Source: Alphaproteobacteria bacterium (GTDB lineage Bacteria > Pseudomonadota > Alphaproteobacteria > UBA828). Taken from it: DNA of 64,000 bases. The first letter of the stretch is position 1. Every line of letters starts with the position of its first letter. The notes below the pieces were generated by a model. It made no database searches and was not told where the DNA came from. It saw only the letters and a list, made by a program, of their open reading frames with translations. Position numbers and translations under genes: made by a program. The DNA is taken from contig CBDCQT010000013.1 in assembly GCA_965220745.1 (NCBI GenBank), positions 640,001 through 704,000 of the forward strand. Reading direction: 5' to 3'. Shown here one piece after another: positions 48,261 through 58,700 of the stretch.

Positions 48261-48840
48261 CAGGACCCTTCTCCTCGCGGGTGTCCTGGCACTGGCGCTC
48301 TCCCTCTGGCCGGCAGAAGCCTCGGCGGCCGGCGTGGTGGGAGCTGCCGGTGCCGAGTGTGCGCCGGAGGTGGAACGCGCGCTGATCGAGGGTGCACGCA
48401 TGGGCGTCGAACGCGACGTGGCCGTCCTGCGCCATCCCGACCAGGGCATCCGCGACCCGGACTCGATCCTGGATTTCTCCTGCCTCGACGATCTCTTCGA
48501 TTTCCGGCGCTTCGACATCCTCTTCGATCCGGGCAGGAGCATGTCCGACCTGCTTGGCCTTGTGCAGCGGCGCATCTGCGCGGCTGCACGCGAGGCATAC
48601 CGCGGATACGTCGGCCGCCCCCTCAATGCGGCCCTCTACACCGCGCGCATTCCCCGGCTGCCGGGGCTCGGTCCGGTCCACGTGATCGAGAGCGCGGGGC
48701 GCGCCGGGAGCGCCGAGCGGGACCAAGGCATTCCCCTGGACCGGCGCTTCCCGCTGGAACAGGGCGTTCCGCTGGACCACGGCGTTCCCTTGTACCAGGG
48801 AGTTCCCGTGTTTCGTAGCATCGTGGGAGGCGGTCGATGA
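48253..48840 (+). CDS. Hypothetical exported Cys-containing protein
   Basis: Signal peptide; PDSILDFSCLD; overlaps both neighbours. Confidence 0.65.
   Translation: MTSRTLLLAGVLALALSLWPAEASAAGVVGAAGAECAPEVERALIEGARMGVERDVAVLRHPDQGIRDPDSILDFSCLDDLFDFRRFDILFDPGRSMSDLLGLVQRRICAAAREAYRGYVGRPLNAALYTARIPRLPGLGPVHVIESAGRAGSAERDQGIPLDRRFPLEQGVPLDHGVPLYQGVPVFRSIVGGGR
48721..48810 (-). repeat. 18-bp family A array, 5 units, reverse orientation
   Basis: DQGIPL DRRFPL EQGVPL DHGVPL YQGVPV. Confidence 0.9.
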
Positions 48841-50057
48841 GCACCGAGGCAATGACGACCGGGTCAACCACCGCCGGCGGTAGGGGCGCCCGGCCGCATG
48901 CCGCCGCGACGGGGCGCGCCGGCATGGTGCGGATTCTCCGCGGTGCGTGTGCCGCGGCGGTGGCAGCGATCGCGATCCTGGCGGCATCGCCCGCCGAGGC
49001 GCTTCGCTGCGACCGCACCGACAACGACCGCGCCGAGGCCAGCCGGGCGATCCGGGTCCTGACGGGCGAGATCGACGCCATGGAGCGGGCCATCATCGAG
49101 GCCTTGCGGCTCCAGACCGGCCAGCTCGCGGGCTACACCGCGCAGAGCACCAAGGCGCTGACCCAGGCGCTCGACGCCCAGACCCGTCTCCAGGCCCAAA
49201 CGGCGCGGGAGGTCGAGGAGACGCGGAGCATGAACGCGCACCGGCCGAGCCGGAGCGCGTGCTCGACGGTCACCGGCGTCACCGGTCTCGGGGCGACCCG
49301 GCGCGCCGCCGATGCCCACCGTGCTTCCGCAGGCGAGGTCGAGGCCGGGCGTATCGCGAGCGACCGCGCGGTGGTGGCGGAGGCCGGCAGCGCTGCCGAC
49401 GGCGCGGCGCGGTTCGATACCGTGACCGGGCTCTATTGCAGCCCCGGCCGCGCCGGCGACGAGACCTGCCGGGGCGAAGACGCCTGGCACGGCGTCGATC
49501 TCAGACCTGGAATCCTCCTCGACCGCCGCACGTTCGGCAGCGAAGAGGAACTCCACGCCGCAATCGAGCTCTCGCGCAACCTGGCGGCGCCGGTGGTGCA
49601 CGATCCCCTGCCGCTCGCGTCCGCCGAGACCGACCGGGAGCGCCGGCTGGTGCTGCTGGCGCGCGCCGCAGACGCGCGCACGGCGCTGGCTGCGGACTGG
49701 TTCGGACATGCCCGCAGCCTGCGCGCCCCGGGCGCCGATCTCGGTGCCTGGGCAGATGCCGTGTCCGGCGGACGCGGGCGCGACACGGGAAAGCCGATCA
49801 GCCGCTACGCGCTGATGGAGCTGCTGGCGAGCCGCCGCTTCGAGGATCCCGCCCGGTTCGTGGCGTTGCAGGAGATGTCCGCGGACAACCTGCTGCGCGA
49901 GCTGGCGATGCTGACCTCCATCTCCCTCATGCTCGACTGGGAGCGCTTCCGGCAGGATGAGCGCCGGGGCGCCATGGAGGCGGCGCGGCTGGCTCTCGGG
50001 GTGGAAGAGATGCGCCGCCTGCCGGGCCTCACCGATCCGGGGGCCGCGCCCCGATGA
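48837..50057 (+). CDS. TraW/IcmX-like exported protein (assignment tentative)
   Basis: Signal peptide; helical; ASRRFEDP..F...NLLRELA; lies just before dotA. Confidence 0.5.
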   Translation: MSTEAMTTGSTTAGGRGARPHAAATGRAGMVRILRGACAAAVAAIAILAASPAEALRCDRTDNDRAEASRAIRVLTGEIDAMERAIIEALRLQTGQLAGYTAQSTKALTQALDAQTRLQAQTAREVEETRSMNAHRPSRSACSTVTGVTGLGATRRAADAHRASAGEVEAGRIASDRAVVAEAGSAADGAARFDTVTGLYCSPGRAGDETCRGEDAWHGVDLRPGILLDRRTFGSEEELHAAIELSRNLAAPVVHDPLPLASAETDRERRLVLLARAADARTALAADWFGHARSLRAPGADLGAWADAVSGGRGRDTGKPISRYALMELLASRRFEDPARFVALQEMSADNLLRELAMLTSISLMLDWERFRQDERRGAMEAARLALGVEEMRRLPGLTDPGAAPR

Positions 50058-52333
50058 GCATGCGCCTCCTGCGCTTCCTCTTCGCGCCCGAGCTGGGCCG
50101 CTGCCTGGCCGACATGCGCCAAGCCGCCTGGCGCTTGGGCCAGAATGTGCGCGCACTCTCGGACGGGAGTTGTCCCGTAGCAGGGAGTTCCCATGGACCA
50201 GGGAGCTCCCCTGTACCAGGGCGTTGCCCTGCGGCTGACAGAGACCGGCGCTGGAAGCGTCTCCTGGAGCGGGAGCGGCGCCTGCGCACCGTCCTGGGCG
50301 CCGCTCTTTCCGCCGCCGGCTTCGCCTTCGTGTCCCTCGGCGCTTCCGGCCTGGTTTCCGGCGCCGCCGGCGCCCAGACCATCGACCCGGACATATTCGC
50401 GACTGCGGACAACGCCACCCGCGACCTGTTCTCCTTCCTGAGCGACATGGACGTGGCCCGCCACGCCGTCCTCGGCGACATGCTCTTCGTCTTCAACGGC
50501 GGCGTGCTGGTGCTCGCGGGTTTTTTGCTGCTCTGGCACACCGTGGCTGGAACCGTCGACACCGCCCGCACCGGCCGCTGGGGCTTCGGGGCCTGGGAGA
50601 TCGTGCGCATCGTGGCGGCGGTGGCCCTCATGGCCCCGCTTCCGGGGGGCATGAACGGCGCGCAGCACGCCGTGGTCGGATTGGCCACCCTCGGCGGCGA
50701 CTTCGCGGGCGCGGTGTGGACCCCCTTCTCGGAGCAGGCGCTGGGCCGGGGCGATCCCATTGCGCCACGGCCCAAGGCTGCAGCCTGGCGCTCGGCCATA
50801 TCCCGCGTGCTGCTCGCCGAGACCTGCACGCATGTCGCCAACGCCAACGCGCGCCGTATCGGCGACGACCCCTATATAGAGGCGAACGAAGAGCGCGCGG
50901 ACGGCGCGCTGCTGCTCCGCTACGACGGCGACGGCCGGGGCATGCCCCGCGACCTCTGCGGCGCGGTGCGCTTCGACGGCCTCGACGGCGAGGGATCAAG
51001 AGGGATCGCCGCGCACGGCCATCGCAGGGCGATGGAGGGCCTGTTTCCGGCCATTCGCGGTCTGGCCGTCGAGCTGGGAGACCGCTACCTGCCGGGCTCG
51101 CCCGTGCACGGGCAGCCGCTGCCGGACGTCGAGGCTGCCATGAATGCGCGGGGCCTCGCGCTGTCCTATGAGTCCGTCCTTGACGATGCATTGAGCCGCG
51201 CGGCCTCCGAGGAGCGCCTTGCGCTCGAGCGTGCCGTCGCCGAGGACGCGGCGGGCTCGTCGTGGCTCGCGGCCGCAGGCTTCTTCAACACCATCGCGTC
51301 CCGCACCGGCCTCTTCCAGGCCGCAGCCCACAACGTCCCCGACGCAGCGCTTCCCCTGCCCAGCCTCGAGGAGTGGTCGCCGCCGGCTGCGGCGGCGGTC
51401 AAGGGCCTGCTGGGCGCGCTCGCCTCTTCGCGCACCTGGCAACCCGTGTTCTTCGCCGCAGGCGGCGGGGTCGCGGGGACGCTGCCGGCAGCAGGGGGCG
51501 GCAACGGCAGCCTGGTGGCCGGCCTCTTCGAGTTCATCGACCTCGATGCTGTCGTCATCGCCGACAGCGGCAACCCCATCGCCGACCTCGCGGGTTTTGG
51601 GCACGACCTGATTGCCTCTGCATTGAGCGCCATCGGCGCCATCTCCGGCGTCGCCGTGGGCTCCGGTCTGCTGGAATCCATCCCCTTCTTCGGCAAGGGG
51701 CTCGATGCCTTCGAGTCCGTCTGGCGGGTCACCGACGGCTTCGTTTCCACCATCCTCGGCCTCATGCTGATCGCGGGCGCCGTGCTGGCCTTCGTGCTGC
51801 CTGCGCTGCCTTTCATCCGCTTCCTCTTCGGCGTCTTCGGCTGGCTGGTGAACGTGGTGGAGGCGGTGCTCGCCGTCACCGTGTTCGCCGCCGCCCACGT
51901 CACGCGCGGCCAGGAACGTGGACTTGCGGTGCCGGCGACGCGCCAGGGGTGGCTGTTCCTGCCGGGGCTGATCCTGCGCCCGCCCCTGATGCTGTTCGGC
52001 CTCATCCTCGGCTACTTCGTGTTCCTCGCCGCCATCGGCCTGCTCAACGCCATCTGGCTGCCGCAGCTGCGGGACGCGGGCGCCTCGGACGGTCTCGGGC
52101 CGGTCGGCTTCCTCGCGATGCTCACCCTTTACGTGATGCTCTGCTACGCGCTGATGAACGGCGCCTTCAAGCTGATCGACCTGCTGCCTTCTGCGGTCAT
52201 GGAGTGGATCGGCGGGCGCGCCGGCGGCACCGACGACGGCGCGGGCCGTCTTGCGGGCGCCGTCACCGGCGGCATCGCGCGGGCCGGGAGCGGCCGCCTC
52301 ACGGGCCGGCTGCGCGGCGGAAGCGGCGGATAG
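50054..52333 (+). CDS. dotA: DotA/TraY family polytopic membrane protein
   Basis: TVDTARTG..G, SWLAAAGFF, LAFVLPALPFIRF, ILRPPLMLFG, FKLIDLLPSAVMEWIGG. Confidence 0.9.
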   Translation: MSMRLLRFLFAPELGRCLADMRQAAWRLGQNVRALSDGSCPVAGSSHGPGSSPVPGRCPAADRDRRWKRLLERERRLRTVLGAALSAAGFAFVSLGASGLVSGAAGAQTIDPDIFATADNATRDLFSFLSDMDVARHAVLGDMLFVFNGGVLVLAGFLLLWHTVAGTVDTARTGRWGFGAWEIVRIVAAVALMAPLPGGMNGAQHAVVGLATLGGDFAGAVWTPFSEQALGRGDPIAPRPKAAAWRSAISRVLLAETCTHVANANARRIGDDPYIEANEERADGALLLRYDGDGRGMPRDLCGAVRFDGLDGEGSRGIAAHGHRRAMEGLFPAIRGLAVELGDRYLPGSPVHGQPLPDVEAAMNARGLALSYESVLDDALSRAASEERLALERAVAEDAAGSSWLAAAGFFNTIASRTGLFQAAAHNVPDAALPLPSLEEWSPPAAAAVKGLLGALASSRTWQPVFFAAGGGVAGTLPAAGGGNGSLVAGLFEFIDLDAVVIADSGNPIADLAGFGHDLIASALSAIGAISGVAVGSGLLESIPFFGKGLDAFESVWRVTDGFVSTILGLMLIAGAVLAFVLPALPFIRFLFGVFGWLVNVVEAVLAVTVFAAAHVTRGQERGLAVPATRQGWLFLPGLILRPPLMLFGLILGYFVFLAAIGLLNAIWLPQLRDAGASDGLGPVGFLAMLTLYVMLCYALMNGAFKLIDLLPSAVMEWIGGRAGGTDDGAGRLAGAVTGGIARAGSGRLTGRLRGGSGG

Positions 52334-52707
52334 GTCGATGGGAGGCGATACGCGCCGCATGGCCGAAAGTGCGAGCGGCCTTGCCGCCGCCGCAACGACG
52401 CCGGGGACCGCTGCTGGCGGGCGGCCCCCGGTAGAGGGAGATGCACATGAAGAAGTCTCTAAAGGTGATGGTGACGATCATCGCCGAGCGGACGACGACA
52501 GTCAAGCGGCGGCGGAACTGCAACTGGTATCGGCACCTTCGACCGCGCCCGATGCGAACGTAATGACGGCATCTTGCGGAACCCGGTTGCGACTCACTTG
52601 TGAGGAGGCCCGGCGGGCCGGGCTCAAACGATGCCGGGGGCCGCCCCTGGATGGCACCCCCGGCACGTAACGACACAACTCAGCATGACATCACGAGGAT
52701 AGACACG

Positions 52708-53388
52708 ATGACCGAGCAGGAATCTGCCGTCAAGAGCCGCCGCAGGCGCGCACAAGAGAAGCTCACGCCGCCCCCTCGCTGGCCCGGGGATCCGGAGCAG
52801 GTCGAGGGTGTCGACGTGGACTTCGAGGCCGTCGCCCACGTGCTCGCCAACACCTGCCGTTGGGGCGGCCGCACGCGGCGCTTCTACTCGCTCGCCCAGC
52901 ACGCGCTCACCGCCTCGGAGGAGATCGAGGCGCTGGACGGCGTCGCAGACGAAGACCGCCGCACGCTCGCTCTCCATGCACTCCTCATGACTTCGCGCGC
53001 CGCCTGGCTCGGCGACGCGGAGGGAGAACGCCCCGCATCGGCCCGGGCGTCAGCGCTCGCCAGAACCCACGGCGAGGCCATCGACAGGGCCGTGCGCGAG
53101 GCCGCAGGGCTCGATCCGGAGCCCTGCGAGGAGTGGGCCGAGGTGCTGCGCTTTGTCGACCGCATGACCGATGCCGCAGAGAGGCGCGACCTCGGCGTGG
53201 ACAGCGGCGGCTTCCCCTTCCCGCCGCTGCGCCGCGCCATCCGGCCCCTGGCGCCCGAGGCCGCGGCAGAGCGCTGGCTCGCCCGCTTCAGAGAGCTGGC
53301 AGGCTCTTCCCGCTCCGGCGGCGTCCACGCCGGGAGCGATGCAACCGGTGTCCCGGCGGCTGCCGCCGAGGCGGAGGCCTCACGATGA
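52708..53388 (+). CDS. YfbR-like HD-fold protein with degenerate HD motif
   Basis: VAHVLANTCRWGG...FYSLAQH; ALLMTSRAAWLGD where LLHDAxEAYxGD is expected. Confidence 0.7.
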   Translation: MTEQESAVKSRRRRAQEKLTPPPRWPGDPEQVEGVDVDFEAVAHVLANTCRWGGRTRRFYSLAQHALTASEEIEALDGVADEDRRTLALHALLMTSRAAWLGDAEGERPASARASALARTHGEAIDRAVREAAGLDPEPCEEWAEVLRFVDRMTDAAERRDLGVDSGGFPFPPLRRAIRPLAPEAAAERWLARFRELAGSSRSGGVHAGSDATGVPAAAAEAEASR

Positions 53389-55610
53389 CCGGCGTCGGCG
53401 GGGACACCGGCCGCGGGCTCCGGGTCGCCGCCCGGAGCTTCCGCACATGGCTCAGTCTCGGCATGAAGGTCGCAATGGTCGTGATCGCCGCGGGTCTGGG
53501 CGCCGCAATCCACGAAACCTACGAGAAGACCGCCGAGTACGACCGCTACATCGTGGGTGTCCAGGTCATGTCCGAGATCATGCTCGCCCTGCAGTTCGAT
53601 CCGGACAGGGACAGGACGGTCCTTCGTCCGGACGATACGGAGTATGTCGGCAGCCTGGAAGAGATCGCCACGTTCGAGCCCTACCTCCGCCAGCGTGCCC
53701 GAATGGTGGACCGGGCCGTCGACGCTGCAATTCTCGGCGGCGGTATCGGCGCGGGCCTGGCCGTCGCCGCCCTCTTCGGGCTGCACCTCTTGGGGCGAAG
53801 GCTGGGGCGGGGCCGGCGCCTGCGCGGCGGAGAGCTGGTCAGCCGGAGAAAGCTCGCCTGGCGCACCCTGCCGTGGTGGCGGCGCCTGCCGCTGCCTGGC
53901 CGAGGCCCCGAAGCCTGGCCCTACACTATCGCCCGCATCCCCTGGCCGAAGGGAGCCGAGACCCGGCACACGATCGTCTCGGGAACCACCGGATCGGGCA
54001 AGACCGTGCTCATCGCGGACCTCGTGGAGCAGATCCGGAAGAGGGGAGAACGCTGCATCGTCTACGACAAGATGGGCTCCTATACCGAGACCTTCTTCGA
54101 CGAGCACCGGGACGTTCTCCTCAATCCCCTCGACAGGCGGGCACCCCGCTGGTCCCCCTTCCTCGAGGCCCGCACGGCGCGGGATTTCGACACCATGGCG
54201 GCGGCGCTGATCCCCCGACAGAAGGACGCCGCCGATCCCTTCTGGATCACCGCAGCCCGCCAGCTCTTCTCCCACGGCGCCGCCGTCCTCTGGCAAAGGG
54301 GGGAGACGCGTAACCGGGTGCTGGTGGATCACTTGCTCAAGACCGAGCTCAGCGCGCTCGCCGAGGCCATGGAGGGCACGGTGGCGCAGTCCATCGTCGA
54401 TCCCGCCAACCCGAAGACCGCGCTCTCGGTGCGCGCCATGCTCACCGCCAACATCGGCGCCATGGACCTGCTCCCCGACGAGGGCGATCCCTTCTCCATC
54501 CGCGAGTGGATCGAGCAGGACAGCGGAGGCTTCCTGTTCCTCACCTCGAGGGGCGATCAGCACGCGAGCCTGCGGGGCCTGATCTCGACCTGGCTGGAGA
54601 TTGCCGTCAACGCGCTGCTCTCCCTGCCGCGCAAGGACGCGCAAGGCAACGTCCCGGCACGCCGCACCTGGGTGATCCTGGACGAACTTCCCACCCTGCA
54701 TCAGCTTCCCTCCCTTCGTCCCGGCCTCGCGGAGAGCCGCCAGTTCGGGGGGTGCTTCGTCCTGGGGGTCCAGGTGTTCTCTGCGTTGCGCGACCTCTAC
54801 GGCCGCGACGGGGCAGAGACGATCTCGGGCCTCTGCGGCACGCGCGTGGTCCTGGCGGCGCCGGACAAGGACACCTCGGAGTGGTCTGCCGAGAGCCTGG
54901 GCCGTGTGGAGGTCGAGGCTCTCTCCGAGAGCGTGAGCTACGGGACAGGGGGACGCCCTGGTGCCCCGCACGGCGGCGTGTCCCTGAGCACGCGGCGCGA
55001 CCTGCGCCCGCTGGTGCTGCCGTCGGAGGTGTCGCGGCTGGAGAACCTCTCCGGCTATCTCAAGTTCCCCGGTGCCTGGCCGGTCGCACGGATCGGGCTC
55101 GACTACAGGAAGCGAACCGAAGTGGCCAAGCGCTTCGTGCCGAAGGCGGAGCACGGTGGAAGCAGGCGCTGCAGCACGAAGGAGGAGACGGCCGTCCAGG
55201 GCGCTGCCCCCGTGGCCGATGGCGTAACCGGCAGCGACGCCTATCCTGACCCGAAAGCGCGGCAAACCGACCCAACGTCGACGGTGGAGCGAGCGGTTCC
55301 GGCAACCGCTGCACCGGCCGGCCGGGGAGTCGAGAGGGACGCGTCCGAGGCGGAGATGGCTGTCGGCACCGCCGAAACCATATTCGGTGAGCCGGAGACG
55401 CAGGACGAGGCCGACATCCTGGAGCCGGAGGAATGGGTGCGTGGCGGCGAGGTCCCCGGCGACGCCGGCATCGATGCGCCGAACGAGTCCTGCTGGCGGT
55501 CCGAAGTACTGGCTGCCTCGGCGGGCGCGCGGGACGATCGAGGGGAATCGTCAGGCCAGAAGCGAGGCGAGGGCGAGGCGGACGACGCGAGCGGCCGGTG
55601 GCGGCTGTGA
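53385..55610 (+). CDS. traD: Type IV coupling protein, TraD/TrwB type
   Basis: Two N-terminal TM segments; RLRGGEL; GTTGSGKT; VYDKMG; LNPLDRR; ILDELPTLHQL; acidic tail. Confidence 0.92.
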   Translation: MTGVGGDTGRGLRVAARSFRTWLSLGMKVAMVVIAAGLGAAIHETYEKTAEYDRYIVGVQVMSEIMLALQFDPDRDRTVLRPDDTEYVGSLEEIATFEPYLRQRARMVDRAVDAAILGGGIGAGLAVAALFGLHLLGRRLGRGRRLRGGELVSRRKLAWRTLPWWRRLPLPGRGPEAWPYTIARIPWPKGAETRHTIVSGTTGSGKTVLIADLVEQIRKRGERCIVYDKMGSYTETFFDEHRDVLLNPLDRRAPRWSPFLEARTARDFDTMAAALIPRQKDAADPFWITAARQLFSHGAAVLWQRGETRNRVLVDHLLKTELSALAEAMEGTVAQSIVDPANPKTALSVRAMLTANIGAMDLLPDEGDPFSIREWIEQDSGGFLFLTSRGDQHASLRGLISTWLEIAVNALLSLPRKDAQGNVPARRTWVILDELPTLHQLPSLRPGLAESRQFGGCFVLGVQVFSALRDLYGRDGAETISGLCGTRVVLAAPDKDTSEWSAESLGRVEVEALSESVSYGTGGRPGAPHGGVSLSTRRDLRPLVLPSEVSRLENLSGYLKFPGAWPVARIGLDYRKRTEVAKRFVPKAEHGGSRRCSTKEETAVQGAAPVADGVTGSDAYPDPKARQTDPTSTVERAVPATAAPAGRGVERDASEAEMAVGTAETIFGEPETQDEADILEPEEWVRGGEVPGDAGIDAPNESCWRSEVLAASAGARDDRGESSGQKRGEGEADDASGRWRL

Positions 55611-55712
55611 GAATGATGCGTTCCCCTCGGCCCTTCCGCAGCATGGGCACGTCGGGCGCCGGGTCGACCGGTCGGATTGCCGAAGCGGTGAGCAGCGGGT
55701 GAAACGGGTCCG

Positions 55713-58700
55713 ATGGTCGTCTCGATCGGAGCCATCGCCTCCGCCGCGCAGGGCGTGTCGTATTTCGAGCGGGACGGATACTACACGAAGGGGGATCCCC
55801 AACACCTGAATGCAAGCGCCTGGGTCGGCAAAGGCGCGGATGCGCTCGGGCTACGGGGTCCCGTCGAGCCCGATGTATTCCGGGAGATTCTGGAGGGTAT
55901 CGTGCCTGACGGCTCGGGGCGCCGCCTGGGGCGCCCCGAAAAGGACGGCACCGTCACGCATCGCCCCGGCAGGGACCTCACGTTCTCGGCGCCCAAATCC
56001 GTGTCTCTGGCCGCATTGCTCGGCGGTGATGCGAAGGTCGCAGCGGCCCACGATGCCGCGGTGAGGCGCACGCTCGCCTGGCTGGAGGCGACGACGATCC
56101 AGACCCGCATGAGAGATCCGGAGACCGGAATTCTGGTGCGCGCCGGCGGCCAGAAGATGGTGGCCGCCACCTTTCGTCACGAAGTCTCGCGCAACCTCGA
56201 CCCCCAGCTCCATACCCATGCGGTGATCGCAAACATGGTGCAGGGCGAGGACGGGGGAACACCCCGGTCCGGGGGAACGCCCCGGTCCGGCAAGTGGCGC
56301 ACCATGGCCAATGAACCCCTCTACAGGCGCCAGAAGCCGATCGGCATGGTCTACAGGAACGAGCTCGCGCGGGAGCTGCGGGCGCTCGGCTACGAAGTCG
56401 AGAAGACCCACGCCGACGGGCGTTTCGAGATCGCGGGCGTATCGCGGACCGTCGTCGAGGCCTTTTCTTCCCGCCGCGCGGAGATCGAAGCGGCGATGGC
56501 GGCGCGCGGCCTGGGCGATCCGGGCAGCAATCCGCACCTCGCCGAGCGCGCGGCCCTGATGACGCGCGCCCACAAGCGCGACGTGGACAGGGAGGCGCTT
56601 CAACGGAGCTGGCGCGAGCAAGCGGCGTCGCTGGGCTTCTCGGCAGAGGAGGCGATCAAGGCAGCCCGCAGGCAGCGCTCGATGAGCCCCGACGGCTCGG
56701 GACAGGGGGTTGAGGCGCCCCGCGAGCGGAACGCCGCCGGCAAAGAAGGCGCGACCCCGGGTGCGGCACGCGATGCCGGGCTGGCATCCGAGGCGGTGGC
56801 GTGGGCGACGGAGCACCTCTCCGAGCGCGAGGCAGTGTTCGCTCGCTCCGACCTGCTCGCCGCCGCGCTCGCCTGGAAACCGGGCGCCGTCCCCGTCGAG
56901 GCCGCTGGAACGGCTATCGAAGCGGCGCTCCAGGAGGGCCGGCTGCACGCCGCGCCGGGTTACCGGGGAGCTTCCCTCTCTCCGGGAGACGAGGGCCTGA
57001 CCACGGACATCGCGCTCGCCGACGAGCGCGAGACGATCGGCCTCATGCGCAGCGGCCAGGACAGGGGACGGGTGCTGATGCGCCGGCGAAAGGTACGCCA
57101 GCACCTGCACAAGGGACCGCTCACCGGCGGCCAGAGGCAGGCGGTAACCGCGATTCTCTCATCCAGGGATCGGGTCGTGGGCGTGCAGGGCTTCGCCGGC
57201 ACCGGCAAGACGGCCATGCTGAACCGGGCACGCGCGCTCGCGGAGAAGAGCGGATACCGCATGGTCGGGCTCGCACCCTCCGCCTCTGCCGTGCAGACGC
57301 TCGCGGCCGAGTCCGGCATACAGAGCGAGACCCTGCAGGGCTTCCTCGCGCGCAACGCAGGCGTCGCCGAGGGCAGGCTTGCCCGCAAGGCGGCCCGCAA
57401 GATGCGCGAGGACTTCGCGAAGACCGTTCTGGTGGTGGATGAGGGCTCGCTCGCCTCCACCGTCCAGGCCCGCGACCTGCTCAGGATCGCAGACGCCCTG
57501 CACATTCCCAGGGTCGTGCTGGTTGGCGACGAGAAGCAGCTCGACGCCGTCGACGCCGGCAAGCCCTTCGCCCAGTTGCAGCAGGCAGGCATGCAGACGG
57601 CGGTCATGGACCAGATATTGCGCCAGAGGGAGCCTGCGCTGAAGGAGGCGGTCGAGGCCAGTCTCGCAGGCGACGTCCGCACGGCGTTCGAAAAGCTCGG
57701 ATCCAATGTGGCGCAGGTGAAGGCCGACAACATTGCGGGCGCCGTCGCCGCGCGCTGGCTGAGGCTGTCATCGGAGGAACGTGAAAACACCGGCGTGATG
57801 GCGCCGAGCCACGAGCTCCGCGGCGCCATCAACGGCCACATCCGGGAGCGCCTCGCGAGAGAGGGCGCGATCCACGGCCCCACCTTCCACGGCGAGCAGC
57901 TGGTCTCCCGCGGCTACACGCGGGCGGAGAAGGCGCTCGCCGTCAACTATGCGCCCGGCGACGTGGTGACCTTCCACCGCGCCTACAAGCGAATGGGAAT
58001 CGGCAAGGGCGACGAGCGCCGGGTGGTCGAGGTGGACCGTCGCAGCCGCACGGTGGTGTTGGCGGACGCGAGCGGCGGCACCATCGCCTGGAAGCCCGGC
58101 ATGATCGCGGGTCGTCATGGCGGCAGCGAGGTCTACCGTGCGGAGCCCATTGAGCTGCGCGCGGGCGACCGTATGCGCTGGACCCGCAATGACAAGGGCC
58201 TCGGGCTGGTGAACGGCCGCACTGCCGAAGTGGTCTCGGTGAGCGCCGACCGCGTCTCCTTGCTGCTGGAGGACGGGCGGACGCTCGCGCTCGACAAGGA
58301 TGCCCCGCAGCTGCGCCATCTCGACCACGCCTGGGCTTCGACCGTGCACGCGTTCCAGGGACGCACGGTCGACAGGGTGATTGCCGCGATGGAGGCCAAC
58401 CACCCGCACCTGACGACGCAGAAGAGCTTCTATGTCGAGATCAGCCGGGCGCGCGACCAGGCCGAACTCGTGACGGACGACGTGGTGCGGCTACGGGAGC
58501 GGCTCGAGGCCACGACAGGCGAACGGATCGCTGCGCTGGAAGCGGTTACGCCGAAGAATCGGGACGCAACGGCGAAGGCAGCCGAGGCGACCGGCGAATT
58601 GCCGGCACACACGATGCCCGCGCGCTCGGACGCGGGCGTCAGGCCGCAGGCGGATCGAGGCGCGCCGTTGGACAAACAGACCGAACCGGGTGGCAGGGAA

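Noticed and set aside
35465-52333. Legionella-like effector-secreting virulence T4BSS
   Set aside because: Linked relaxase, TraD, oriT and integrase point to conjugation; no DotL, IcmS/IcmW or effector-like genes recognised
20504-57883. Many long antisense or alternative-frame ORFs (e.g. 27848-29869, 44386-46860, 52884-55265 on minus)
   Set aside because: Shadow ORFs expected in high-GC DNA; Arg/Pro/Ala-rich, motif-free and overlapping well-supported plus-strand genes
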